Shown: in pieces, positions 50,947 to 63,077 of the stretch
How the letters are laid out: every line of letters begins with the position of its first letter
Numbering within the stretch: position 1 is the stretch's first letter
Source of the DNA: an uncultured Bacillota bacterium
GTDB taxonomy: Bacteria; Sysuimicrobiota; Sysuimicrobiia; Sysuimicrobiales; Segetimicrobiaceae
NCBI GenBank assembly: GCA_963804645.1
Contig: CAWDRG010000009.1
Span: 1,152,001 to 1,216,000 of the forward strand
DNA: 64,000 nucleotides
Reading direction: 5' to 3'
Translations under genes and position numbers: made by a program
The notes under the pieces: model-generated
Database searches by the model: none
What the model saw: the letters and a program-made list of their open reading frames with translations, nothing else
Told to the model about the DNA's origin: nothing

Positions 50947-52689
50947 CTAGCGCTCGCGGCCGGCGCGCCGGCGCGCGGGGCGCTTGGCGCGCGGCTTCGA
51001 CGCGGCGGTCGACCGCTTGGCCGCCGCTTTCTTGGTCCGAGCCGGTTTCTTGGCTTTGGCCGCGGCGCGCTTCGGCCGCGGAGGGGGCGGCGCGGCCTGC
51101 GGGCCGCCGACCGGCACCAACTCGAACTGCGCGGTCGGCGCCGGCACCCCGGCGCCCTTCACCGTGCCCGGCAGAATCCTAAATACCGGACAGAGGAAGA
51201 CCTCGATCCGGCCGCCGCCCGGCGCAAACAGCGCCGGCAGGTGGAGCGATCGAAGCCCGACGAGCGTCAGGGGGCCGGTCGGCGGCGTGCTGAGCCACCG
51301 GCGCGCGGTCTCGTAGGCCGGCGTCCCGGGGACGGCGACCGCGGTGATGCGGGTCTTCCCGGCCGCGTCGCCGAACGCGAACAGGAACGGACGTCCGTCG
51401 ACGAACTGGCTCCGGCCCCCGTAGAACTGGCCGGTCATGTACACGTAGGCGGTTTCGACCACCGGCGCGTGCCGGAACGTCATCGTGCCGCCCGTGAACG
51501 CGACGCGCGTGGACGGCTGGAAGTCCGGAAACGGCATCGGGTGGACGGCGTCGATCTGCGCCCACTCCGCCTCGCCGGGCGCGTCGATCGAGACCGGCGG
51601 GAACGTCAGGCCGCGCTCGGTCACGATGGTGCGCACGGGGTGGATCTCGAGCAGATGCGGGATCACGGGGTGTCCGACGGACGCGTGGTCGGGCAGCATC
51701 CGCAGCAGGCCCGTGACCGTGACGCGCTGCTGCGTCCCAATCATCTCGTCGAGCAGCCGCGCGTACTGGCTGTGCCCGGTGCCGCCGGCCTCGAGCGCCC
51801 CCGGCCGCACCGCGTTCTGGATGACGCAGGCGATCGTGTCGCGCGTCGCGCCGTCGGCCGGGGCGGGCGACAGCCCGAACGCCACGCCCAACCCGTACTC
51901 GCCTTCGCCGGTGCGCGCCGTCACGTACCCTTCCGCGGTCACGTCGATGCCCGGCGAGAACCGGAGGTACGCGAGCGGCTCGGCGCCCGAGACGACGAAG
52001 TCCTGCTGGTCGCCCGAGCTCGGGAGGATGCTCACCGCGCTCAGCACCCGCAGGAGGTCCGCGGGCGTCCGCACCTCGATCCGGCCCGCCGGGCGCGCCG
52101 GCGTGTGCTGGCGCATCTCGTCCGACACCAGGATCGCGCGGGCGATCTCCCGCATGGGGGTGCGCGTGTTGCGGCTCTGCCGCTGGATGCGGAGGAACGC
52201 TTCCTGCTCGTCGATCCCCTCGCGCTGCATCAGGATGCCTTTCGCGCGGTCGACCAGCTTGCGCGTCTCCAGGGTCTCCTTGAGGTTGCCGACCTCCTGC
52301 TGGAGCGCGCGCAGCTCCGCGAAGCGCGCCATCGCCACCTCGATCACGGGGACCAGCTCGGCCTCGCGCACCGGCTTGACGAGGTAGGCCAGGACCCCGG
52401 CCTCTTGGGCCCGCTGGACGAGGTCGCGCTCGCTCCACGCCGTCAGGAGGATGATCGGCCGCGGCTGCCGCGTCATGATCGTTGAGGCGGCCGAGATCCC
52501 GTCGAGCCCCGGCATCTTGATGTCGAGGAAGATCAGCTCCGGGTTGAGCTTGGCGGCGAGCGCCACCGCTTCCTCACCGTCGCTCGCTTCCCCGACCACC
52601 GTGTAGTCGTGCTCCTCCAGCATCGTGCGGAGGCCCATGCGGATGACCGGCTCGTCGTCGGCGATGAGGATGCGCATCGCGTCGGTCAT
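50947..52689 (-). CDS. REC-ANTAR response regulator (PdtaR/EutV-like) with a long C-terminal extension and basic tail
   Basis: IADDE, LDIKMPGLDG, YLVKP; ANTAR RKLVDRAKGILM...EAF..IQRQS....M.EIA; then about 340 aa of unknown function and a K/A/R-rich tail. Confidence 0.88.
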   Translation of the reverse strand: MTDAMRILIADDEPVIRMGLRTMLEEHDYTVVGEASDGEEAVALAAKLNPELIFLDIKMPGLDGISAASTIMTRQPRPIILLTAWSERDLVQRAQEAGVLAYLVKPVREAELVPVIEVAMARFAELRALQQEVGNLKETLETRKLVDRAKGILMQREGIDEQEAFLRIQRQSRNTRTPMREIARAILVSDEMRQHTPARPAGRIEVRTPADLLRVLSAVSILPSSGDQQDFVVSGAEPLAYLRFSPGIDVTAEGYVTARTGEGEYGLGVAFGLSPAPADGATRDTIACVIQNAVRPGALEAGGTGHSQYARLLDEMIGTQQRVTVTGLLRMLPDHASVGHPVIPHLLEIHPVRTIVTERGLTFPPVSIDAPGEAEWAQIDAVHPMPFPDFQPSTRVAFTGGTMTFRHAPVVETAYVYMTGQFYGGRSQFVDGRPFLFAFGDAAGKTRITAVAVPGTPAYETARRWLSTPPTGPLTLVGLRSLHLPALFAPGGGRIEVFLCPVFRILPGTVKGAGVPAPTAQFELVPVGGPQAAPPPPRPKRAAAKAKKPARTKKAAAKRSTAASKPRAKRPARRRAGRER

Positions 52690-52690
52690 C

Positions 52691-54380
52691 CTACGATCCC
52701 TCCGGGCGCGGCATCGTGATCACGGCGTGCGTGCCCCCCGGGCCGCCGAACGTAATTTGGCCCTTGAGGTCGCTGCCGACGAGCGTGTGCACGATCTGCA
52801 GGCCGAGGCCGGCGGACCGGTCCGGCACGAATCCCTGCGGCAGGCCCACGCCGTCGTCCTGGACCTCGACGCGCAGCGTATCGCGCCCCGCGGCAAGCGT
52901 GATCATCACGGTCCCGCCGCTGCGGCCCTCGAACGCGTGCTCCAGCGCGTTCTGCAGCAGCTCGTTCACGACGAGCGCAAGCGAGGTGGCCTGCTGGCTC
53001 GGCAGGCTCAGGTCGTCGCCGCTCACCTTGATCTCGAGCGTGAGGCCCGGCCGGGCCATCGTCTGCCGCACCGTCTGCGCGACGCGCTCGAGCATCTCGT
53101 GGACGGCGACCTGCCGCAGGCCGTCGGCGGCGAGAATCTCGTGGACGCCCGCGATGCTCAGGATCCGGTTGATCGTCTCGGTGAGGACCTCGCGGCCCGA
53201 GACTTCGCGGCCGTCGCGCAGCTGCAGGCGCAGCAGCATCGCGATCATCTGGAGGTTGTTCTTCACCCGGTGGTGCATCTCGCGCACCATCGCCGACTTA
53301 ACCACCAGGCTCGCATTCTCGATCGCGAGCGCGGTTTGGTTCGCGAGCGTCTGCAGCATGCTGATCTCGGACGGCGTGAACGTGTGCCGCCGCGCGGTGT
53401 AGCAGTTGACGACGCCCAGCGTGTGGTCCCGCACGCGCAGCGGCACGGACAGGAGCGACCGCACGGGCGACGGTTCGGGCAGCTCGTTCGTGCGGAAGCG
53501 CGGATCGTCCGCGAGATCGTGGCTGACGGCCGGCTGCCCGGTCGCCGCCGCCTCCCCGGGAACGCCCTCACCGACGCGCAGCGTCCGCCGGGGCCGCGGC
53601 CCGGGGGCCTCGGGGTGGGAGGCGGCGAGCACGAGCTCCTCGCCCTCGAGCAGCATCAGCGTGCACAGCGGCGCCTGCAGCACGCGCGCGGCCATCTCCA
53701 CGAGGAGGCGGAGGATCTGCTCGAGATAGAGCGGAGACGTCAGCGTCTCGCTCGCCTCGGCGAGCGTGCGCAGCTCGAGGATCTGGCGCCGCATGCTGTC
53801 GTGGAGGCGCGCCTTCTCGAGCGTGCCGCTCGCGAGATCCGCGATGATGCTCAGCAGCTCGATCTCGTCGTCGCCCCAGGCGTGCGCGCCGGTCGTCTGG
53901 ACGTTGATCGCGCCGAGCGTCCGGCCCTCCACGGTGAGCGGGACCGCGAGCAGCGATTGGAACAGTGACTCGTGGGTCTCCGGCAGGAGCTTGAACCGCG
54001 GGTCCTGCACCGCGTTGGTGGACGCGACCGGCTCCCCGTGCTGCGCCGCCCATCCGGTCAGGCCCTCGCCGAACTTGAGGCGTGCCGCGCCGACCGCGTC
54101 GGCGGCGAGCCCCGTCGTCGCTTTGAGGACCAGGTACTCGCGCGAGGCGTCCAGCAGATAGATCGAGCAGCTGTCGACGGGCATCACTTCCGCGGTCGTC
54201 CGGGTGATCAGGGTGAGCGTGGTGTCGAGGTCGAACGTGGCGCCGATCGCGCGGCTGATCTCCCGCAGCGCCGAGATCTCCGCGGTCTTGCGGGCGAGCT
54301 CCCGCGCCGTATCGTCGGTGTGGCTCTGCTCGGGCGTGATCGCCCCTCGGCGCGGCACTACGGCCTCCCGCGGCCTCGGA

Positions 54381-54394
<14 letters not shown>
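52691..54394 (-). CDS. Cytoplasmic sensor histidine kinase, 2 GAF + HisKA_2 + HATPase (PdtaS/EutW-like)
   Basis: EMHHRVKNNLQ, NELLQNALEHAF, DDGVGLP, GLGLQIV; two GAF repeats; no TM segment. Confidence 0.9.
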
Positions 54395-56750
<2,356 letters not shown>

Positions 56751-56938
56751 GGAGCCTCCTGGACGACGAGTATGGCGCGGCGTTCTTCATAATACCAAAG
56801 CCCGGACGGGCGATTCAAGAAAAATCACCCCTTCGGGGCGAAATTCGACGATTTTCGCCGGGATCTTGCGGCGGGGGACCGGATGTGGTAGGGCCGGCGG
56901 TTCGCGCGCCGCCCCAAGGAGCGGCGCGGCGCCGCGCG

Positions 56939-57454
56939 CTAGTGGCCGGCGGCGCCGAGCGGCAGGAAGCTGATCTGGGCGGTCGTGTCGATGCCGTGCT
57001 GCGCAAAAAAGCCTTCGTTCACTTCCAGGGCGTAGCGGTACGGCGCCTTCGAGTTGTAGAACGGGAACGGGCCGTTCAGCGGGTCGGCGGCCACCGGCAT
57101 GTCGAGCAGCGTCACGATGTGCCAGCGCGCGTCCATGAACGCGATCGACAGGGGGATCAAGGTGTTCTTCATCCAGAACGCGTCCTGCTGGGTGTCCGAG
57201 AACGAGAACAGCATCCCGGAGTTCGGCGCCAGCGACGTGCGGCACATCAAGCCGTACTCCTGTGCGAGCGCCGAGTCCGCGATCTCGACCTGGACCCGGG
57301 TGACGTCCCCGTGCTCGTCGAAGCTCAGGACGCCGTGCTTGTACGTAAAGGTTTGGATCGGGCACGCGGGGTTCGCCGGTGCTGTGGCCGAGGCGCTGAG
57401 GGCGAGCGCGAGCACGCACACGGCACCGATGACCGCGGTCACTGTTCGCATCAC
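56939..57454 (-). CDS. DUF192 family secreted protein
   Basis: VEIAD...GLM.R..L...GMLF, FWMKNTLIPLSIAF, ALEVN.G. Confidence 0.88.
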   Translation of the reverse strand: MMRTVTAVIGAVCVLALALSASATAPANPACPIQTFTYKHGVLSFDEHGDVTRVQVEIADSALAQEYGLMCRTSLAPNSGMLFSFSDTQQDAFWMKNTLIPLSIAFMDARWHIVTLLDMPVAADPLNGPFPFYNSKAPYRYALEVNEGFFAQHGIDTTAQISFLPLGAAGH

Positions 57455-57504
57455 GTCCTCCTATCCTGAAAACGGGTGGCCGGCCGCGGAGGTTCCCCGC
57501 GGGC

Positions 57505-59067
57505 CTAGTGTACCACGCCGTCGATCCGGCCGAGAATCTCCGGGACCGCCGGATTGTCGTCCGCGTCCTCGATGTCCAGGTGCGTGAGCCCCGCCAGGAT
57601 CTTGACCTCCACGTCCGCGGCCGGCGTCGAGATGTGCGACAGGTAGAACGAGGTCGCGCGCACGGTGCGGATCAGGCCGTTGCCCGCGCCGAGGAGCAGA
57701 ACCGGCACCGTCGTGTAGCGGACCTGGGTCAGGCTCGCGAACCGCCGGGAAAAGTCATCGCTCGTGTCGAGGCCCGACGAGAGGCCGAGGTCGAGCACGA
57801 GGCGCCACGGGACGTACCATTGGGTGAAGTCCGCGCCCGGCTCGAGGATCGCCCCCTCTAGCCCGCGCAGATTGACGTGCCCCGGCGGCACATCCTGGCC
57901 GTACGGCATCCACTCGATGAGCGGGTGGCCGGGCGCCGGCCGACCGCTCTGCATGTTGAGCAGCCCGTTGGGATTGACGTGCCAGGGATCGGGCATGCGG
58001 TCGAAGATCCCCACGGGCGTCCCGATCGAGGCGCGGATGAACAGGTCCGGCTGCGCGACGTCGGAGAGCGAGCCCGCGAACTGGGCCTCGTTGGTGATGG
58101 GCTGTCCGGGGCCGCGGGGGTAAAATGGCAGTACGCTGGCGCGGTCCGGCTCGAAGTAGGCGTACGTCGTCACCACGTCCAGCAGGATGCTGTCCTTCGG
58201 ATGCGCCACGCTGTCGATATCCGCGAACGGGCCGACGTGCCCGCGGCTGCCGACCAGCTGGCGCACCCCGGGGATGTCGGGGAGCAGGGGGATGTGGATG
58301 CCCTCGAGGTACTGCGAACTCGACAGGCGCGGAATCACCGACAGGGGCGCGCCGTCGAGCAGGACGAGGCCGGCGATGTCGCGGTCCCCGGCATACGGAG
58401 ACGCTAGGGGCCGTCCTTTATCGTCGATCGCAACCGGATCCGGGCCGGGCACGCGCCCGAAGTCGTACCCCGCGTACAGTGCCGAGAGGATGCCCCCGAG
58501 GGAATGGCCGCCGAGGAACACCCGCGCGGCCGGGTAGCGGCGGCGGGCTTCCTCGACGATCGCGTGGATGTCGCGCAGGTGGACGTCCAGCCCCCAGTAC
58601 GCGGCGAACGGCACCGCGGAATCCGGCAGCGGCCGGTAGGTCACCCCGTCGATCGCGAGGTTGCCGTAATAGTAGCCGAGCGCGAAGTCCGGATCCTGAT
58701 AGGCGAGCGCGGCCGTGACCCCGCGCCGGTCCTGCAGCAGCGTGGCCCGGGGCGCGACCACCCACACTTCGACCGCGGGGTCGCCCGCGACGAGCGCCCG
58801 CGCGAGAATGTCGAGCGTGTTCGGGCCCGAGTTGAGCCCGGGGACGAGCACGAGCACGCTGCGCGGGGCTGCGGTGCCGACGGCAAAATACCGCAGCGCG
58901 ACGCCGCGGTTGTACTCGGGGGGGGTGTGCGGTTCTTGGGCGCCCGGCACGTCGACGGGCACGCGAAGCACGGTCGGCGTGGACGGTTGGGCGGTGCCGA
59001 TGGTCGGGGCGGCGACTCCAGCCAGCAGGAGCGTGCATGCGAGTGCAAGGCATCGACGACGGGTCAT
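57505..59067 (-). CDS. Secreted alpha/beta hydrolase (lipase/esterase-like)
   Basis: Signal peptide; GHSLGG, LVLLDG, C-terminal THLD. Confidence 0.75.
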   Translation of the reverse strand: MTRRRCLALACTLLLAGVAAPTIGTAQPSTPTVLRVPVDVPGAQEPHTPPEYNRGVALRYFAVGTAAPRSVLVLVPGLNSGPNTLDILARALVAGDPAVEVWVVAPRATLLQDRRGVTAALAYQDPDFALGYYYGNLAIDGVTYRPLPDSAVPFAAYWGLDVHLRDIHAIVEEARRRYPAARVFLGGHSLGGILSALYAGYDFGRVPGPDPVAIDDKGRPLASPYAGDRDIAGLVLLDGAPLSVIPRLSSSQYLEGIHIPLLPDIPGVRQLVGSRGHVGPFADIDSVAHPKDSILLDVVTTYAYFEPDRASVLPFYPRGPGQPITNEAQFAGSLSDVAQPDLFIRASIGTPVGIFDRMPDPWHVNPNGLLNMQSGRPAPGHPLIEWMPYGQDVPPGHVNLRGLEGAILEPGADFTQWYVPWRLVLDLGLSSGLDTSDDFSRRFASLTQVRYTTVPVLLLGAGNGLIRTVRATSFYLSHISTPAADVEVKILAGLTHLDIEDADDNPAVPEILGRIDGVVH

Positions 59068-59098
59068 CTCGTTCCTATACGTTTGCGGAGGGAAGGAA

Positions 59099-60364
59099 AT
59101 GCCCTGCAACGGCACGAACCCACAGAGCCCCGTGGCTGACTATGACGTGATCGTGGTGGGAGCAGGTCCCGGCGGCGCAGAGTCCGCCCGGACCGCCGCG
59201 CGCGCCGGCCTGCGGACCCTCGTCCTCGAGGAGCACCCGACGGTCGGCGTGCCGAGCCACTGCACGGGCAAGCTGTCGTTCCACGCGTTCGACGAACTGG
59301 AGATTCCGCGCAGCCTCGCGAAGACCGCCGTGTCCGCCGCGGTGCTGTACTCGCCGAGCGGCGTCGCGATCCGGGTGCGCCGCCGGCACGTCGACTCCTA
59401 CGCCGTCGACCGGATCACGTTCGACCGGTGGGTGGCGGAGCGCGCCGCGCGCGACGGCGCGGAGCTCCTGACCGGGGTCAAGGTCACGGAGGCGGCGCGC
59501 CAGAACGGGCACATGCTCGTGCGCGGTCGGCGCGGGGACCGTCCGTTCGAGGCCCGCGCGCACCTCTTGATCGACGCGGAGGGCTCGGCGCCGCGTCTGC
59601 TGGAGCCGCTCGGCGTGCCGATCCCGCGGCGCCACGCGTTCGGACTGCAGTACGAGATCCGCGGCATCGGGGGCATCGAGCCGGACACGCCCGAGATGTT
59701 CTTCGGCGACGACGTCGCTCCGGGATTCTTCGCCTGGCTGATGCCGGTCGGCGACGGCGTCGCGAAGGTCGGCCTGGCGGTGGACCCGCGACGAGCCACG
59801 CGGGCGCCGGTCTGGTACCTCAGCCGGCTTCTCGACGAGCATCCGGCGCTGCGCGGCCGCATGGCGGGCGCCGTCATCGAGCGCAAGGTGGCCGGCCGGA
59901 TTCCGCTCCTCGTCGGCGACGCGCCCACGAGCGCGGACCGCGTCCTCGTGGTGGGAGACGCCGCGGGTATGGTCAAGGCGACGTCCGGGGGCGGCATCTA
60001 CTATGCGATGACGGCGGGCCGCGTCGCGGGAGCGGCGGCGGCGCGGTACGTCGGCGGCGATCCCGGCGCGCTCGGATTTTACGAGCGCGGCTGGCGGGAG
60101 CGCATCGGCCGCGAGGTCCGGTTCACCGCGTTCAGCCGCCGCGCGATCAACCGGCTGTCGGACGCCGAGCTCGACACGGTGATGCGGGCGATCGCGGAGA
60201 GTCCCAGGCTGCTCGCGAGCATCGGCGACGCCGGCGATACCCAGTTTCAGTCCAAGCTGTTCGGTCCGCTGCTCTGGGGGTTGGCGGGGGTCACCCTGCG
60301 CCGCCCCGTGGTCGCCCCGCTCGTCGCGAAGGCGCTGGTCGTCGGGATGTTCTCCCAGATGTAG
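59099..60364 (+). CDS. Geranylgeranyl reductase family FAD oxidoreductase
   Basis: DVIVVGAGPGG, FAWLMP, VGDAAG.VK..SGGGI..A. Confidence 0.85.
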   Translation: MPCNGTNPQSPVADYDVIVVGAGPGGAESARTAARAGLRTLVLEEHPTVGVPSHCTGKLSFHAFDELEIPRSLAKTAVSAAVLYSPSGVAIRVRRRHVDSYAVDRITFDRWVAERAARDGAELLTGVKVTEAARQNGHMLVRGRRGDRPFEARAHLLIDAEGSAPRLLEPLGVPIPRRHAFGLQYEIRGIGGIEPDTPEMFFGDDVAPGFFAWLMPVGDGVAKVGLAVDPRRATRAPVWYLSRLLDEHPALRGRMAGAVIERKVAGRIPLLVGDAPTSADRVLVVGDAAGMVKATSGGGIYYAMTAGRVAGAAAARYVGGDPGALGFYERGWRERIGREVRFTAFSRRAINRLSDAELDTVMRAIAESPRLLASIGDAGDTQFQSKLFGPLLWGLAGVTLRRPVVAPLVAKALVVGMFSQM

Positions 60365-60415
60365 CCGCGCGAGCGCATGGCAGGATGCGTCTCGCGGCGA
60401 CACGAATCACGCCCC

Positions 60416-61660
60416 ATGCGCGTCATCGCCGATCTTCACCTGCACTCGAAGTTCAGCCGGGCGACCAGCCGGGACATGGACGTCGAGAACCTCGCGAAGT
60501 GGGCCGGTCTGAAGGGGATCACGCTCGTCGGGACCGGCGACTTCACCCACCCGGTGTGGCTGCGGGACCTCAAGGCCAAGTTGACCCCGAACGGCCGGGG
60601 GCTCTTTACGCACGGCGCGCAGCACTTCATGCTGACGGTCGAAGTCAGCAACATCTACCCGCAGGGCGGGCGCCTGCGCAAGATCCACAACATCATCCTC
60701 GCGCCGGGCTTCGAGGTCGTGGACCGGATCAACGCGGTGCTGGCCCGGTTCGGCAGCCTGATGGCCGACGGCCGGCCGACGCTGTCGCTGCCCAGCGACA
60801 AGCTCGTCGAGTACGTGATGGAGATCTCGCCCGAGTGCATGGTGATTCCCGCCCACGTGTGGACGCCGTGGTTCTCGCTCTACGGGAGCAACTCCGGGTT
60901 CGACGCGCTCGCGGAGTGCTTCGGGGACCAGGCGAAGCATATCGTCGCCGCGGAGACCGGCCTCAGCAGTGACCCCCCGATGAACTGGCGCCTGCCGGAG
61001 CTCGACCGGGTCGCGCTCGTGAGCAACTCGGACGCCCACTCGCCGGCCAAGCTCGGCCGCGAGGCCAACGTGCTCGACTGCGAGCTCGACTACCGGGAGA
61101 TCCTCCGAATTTTTCGCGAGCGCGACCTCACGAAGTTTCTGTACACGATCGAGTTCTTTCCGGAGGAGGGCAAGTACCACTTCGACGGGCACCGGTCGTG
61201 CCAGCAGCGGCTGTCGCCCGACGAGACGAAGGCGGCCCGGGGCAAGTGCCCGGCCTGCGGGCGCGCGCTCACGGTGGGCGTCATGTCCCGTGTGGAGGCG
61301 CTCGCGCGCCGCGCGCCCGGCGTGGACGCGGGCACGCGGGTGCCGTTTCGGAGCCTGATCCCGCTGGAAGAGATCATCGCCGAGGCGCTGGGCGCGCAGC
61401 CGGGCACCGGGGCGGTGCGCGACGAATACCTGCGGCTCGTGCGGGAGCTGGGGAGCGAGTTCGCGGTGCTGCTCGACGTGCCGCTGGACGAGGTCGCCAG
61501 GCACACCCGCCCGCGCGTCGTCGACGGGCTGCGCCGCGTGCGGGACGGGCGCGTCGTGATCCGTCCCGGCTACGACGGCGTGTTTGGCGAGATTCACATC
61601 TTCGAGGGAGCCGACGAAGCGCCTCGCGCCGGGCAGCCGGCGCAGACCAGCCTCTTCTGA
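60416..61660 (+). CDS. Endonuclease Q family (PHP domain + Zn ribbon)
   Basis: ADLHLHSKFSRATS, GTGDFTHP, PAH.WTPW, ETGLSSD, SNSDAHS, GKYH.DGHR.C, CP.CG, PGYDGVFG. Confidence 0.88.
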   Translation: MRVIADLHLHSKFSRATSRDMDVENLAKWAGLKGITLVGTGDFTHPVWLRDLKAKLTPNGRGLFTHGAQHFMLTVEVSNIYPQGGRLRKIHNIILAPGFEVVDRINAVLARFGSLMADGRPTLSLPSDKLVEYVMEISPECMVIPAHVWTPWFSLYGSNSGFDALAECFGDQAKHIVAAETGLSSDPPMNWRLPELDRVALVSNSDAHSPAKLGREANVLDCELDYREILRIFRERDLTKFLYTIEFFPEEGKYHFDGHRSCQQRLSPDETKAARGKCPACGRALTVGVMSRVEALARRAPGVDAGTRVPFRSLIPLEEIIAEALGAQPGTGAVRDEYLRLVRELGSEFAVLLDVPLDEVARHTRPRVVDGLRRVRDGRVVIRPGYDGVFGEIHIFEGADEAPRAGQPAQTSLF

Positions 61661-61718
61661 ACGCGGGGCCGCCGGCGCGCGCCCCGCGGGGGCGTCCGGC
61701 GGCCGGCGGCGCGCGGCG

Positions 61719-62882
61719 GTGGTGCTCCATCCGGGCGCCGACGCGCGCGTTCGCGCGGGTCACCTGTGGATCTACCGGGCGGAGATCGCCCGCATCGAGG
61801 GGGAGCCCGAGGACGGCGCGCCGGTGGCGGTCCTCACCGCGGCCGGGCACGACCTCGGCACCGGACTCCTCAACACCCACTCGGTCATCACGGTGCGCCT
61901 CATGGGGCCCCCCGGCGCGGAACTCGACGAGGCGTTCTTTCGGCTCCGGCTGGAGCGCGCCGTCGCGCTGCGCGCGCGTCTCGCACGGGGCTCGACGGCC
62001 TGCCGCCTTGTCTTCGGCGACGGGGATCTCCTGCCCGGCCTCGTCGTCGACCGCTACGCCGATCTGCTCGTCGTGCAAACCCTCACGCTCGGCATGGACC
62101 GCCGGAAAGAGATGCTCGTGCGCCTGCTGAGCGACCTCGTCGCGCCCCGGGGAATCTTCGCCCGCAACGACGGGGCCGTGCGCCGGCTCGAGGGGCTGCC
62201 CCGCGAGGCCGGCTGGCTCGCCGGCGGCGGTCCGACGGAGGTCGAGATCGAGGAGGACGGAGTCCGTTTCCTCGTGGACGTCGCCCGCGGGCAGAAGACG
62301 GGATTCTTCCTGGACCAGCGTGAGAACCGCGCGCGCGCCGCGGAGCTCGCGCCCGGCGGCACCGTGCTCGACGGGTTCGCCTACACCGGGGCGTGGGGCA
62401 TCCGCGCCGCGAGCGCCGGCGCGGGCGCGGTCACGGCGATCGAATCGTCGGCGGACGCGGTCGCGATGGCGGCCCGCAACGCCGCGCTCAACGCCGTCGG
62501 CGGCCGCGTGTCCTTGCTGACCGGCAACGCGTTTGACGAGCTCCGCCGTCTCGTCCTCGCCCGCGCCCGGTTCGACCTCGTCGTGCTCGATCCGCCGGCG
62601 TTCGCCAAGACGCGGGGCGCCGTCGCCGCCGGGCTCGCCGGCTACAAGGAGGTGAATCTCCGCGCGCTCAAGCTCGTGGCCCCCGCGGGGTGGCTCGTCA
62701 CGTGCTCGTGCTCCTACCACGTGGACGAGGCCGCGCTGCGCGACACGGTGTGGAGCGCGGCCCGCGACGCCCGACGGTCGATCCGGCTCATCGAGACTCG
62801 GTTCCAAGCGCGCGACCATCCGGTCCACCCGGCGATGCCGGAAACCCGGTATCTCAAGTGTCTCGTGTTCGCGGTGGATTGA
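61719..62882 (+). CDS. RlmI-like class I SAM-dependent rRNA methyltransferase
   Basis: GHLWIY, D.LPGL.VDRY, GQKTGFFLDQRENR, LDPPAF, CSCS, ETRYLK; start uncertain. Confidence 0.85.
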   Translation: MVLHPGADARVRAGHLWIYRAEIARIEGEPEDGAPVAVLTAAGHDLGTGLLNTHSVITVRLMGPPGAELDEAFFRLRLERAVALRARLARGSTACRLVFGDGDLLPGLVVDRYADLLVVQTLTLGMDRRKEMLVRLLSDLVAPRGIFARNDGAVRRLEGLPREAGWLAGGGPTEVEIEEDGVRFLVDVARGQKTGFFLDQRENRARAAELAPGGTVLDGFAYTGAWGIRAASAGAGAVTAIESSADAVAMAARNAALNAVGGRVSLLTGNAFDELRRLVLARARFDLVVLDPPAFAKTRGAVAAGLAGYKEVNLRALKLVAPAGWLVTCSCSYHVDEAALRDTVWSAARDARRSIRLIETRFQARDHPVHPAMPETRYLKCLVFAVD

Positions 62883-62924
62883 CCGGCGCCGCCGCGGCCG
62901 GGCGGAAGGCGCTCGGGTTGGTGG

Positions 62925-63033
62925 TTGCAGTCTGAGAACGGCCGCTATATAATGAAGGAGAAAATGAAATCCGGATGTGTTGGTTGACTCAGCGGGAGGA
63001 GAGCCGGGCGGACTCTCCTCCTTGTCTCTTTTT
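62925..63033 (+). promoter_or_regulatory. Promoter, mini-ORF and terminator-like hairpin leader
   Basis: TTGCAG-N17-TATAAT; AAGGAG then ATG (MKSGCVG*, 62964-62987); GGAGGAGAG...CTCTCCTCC followed by TTGTCTCTTTTT. Confidence 0.55.
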
Positions 63034-63077
63034 GGCCCGGGAGACGTGCGGGTCGTAGGCGCGCGCTCCGGAAAGGC

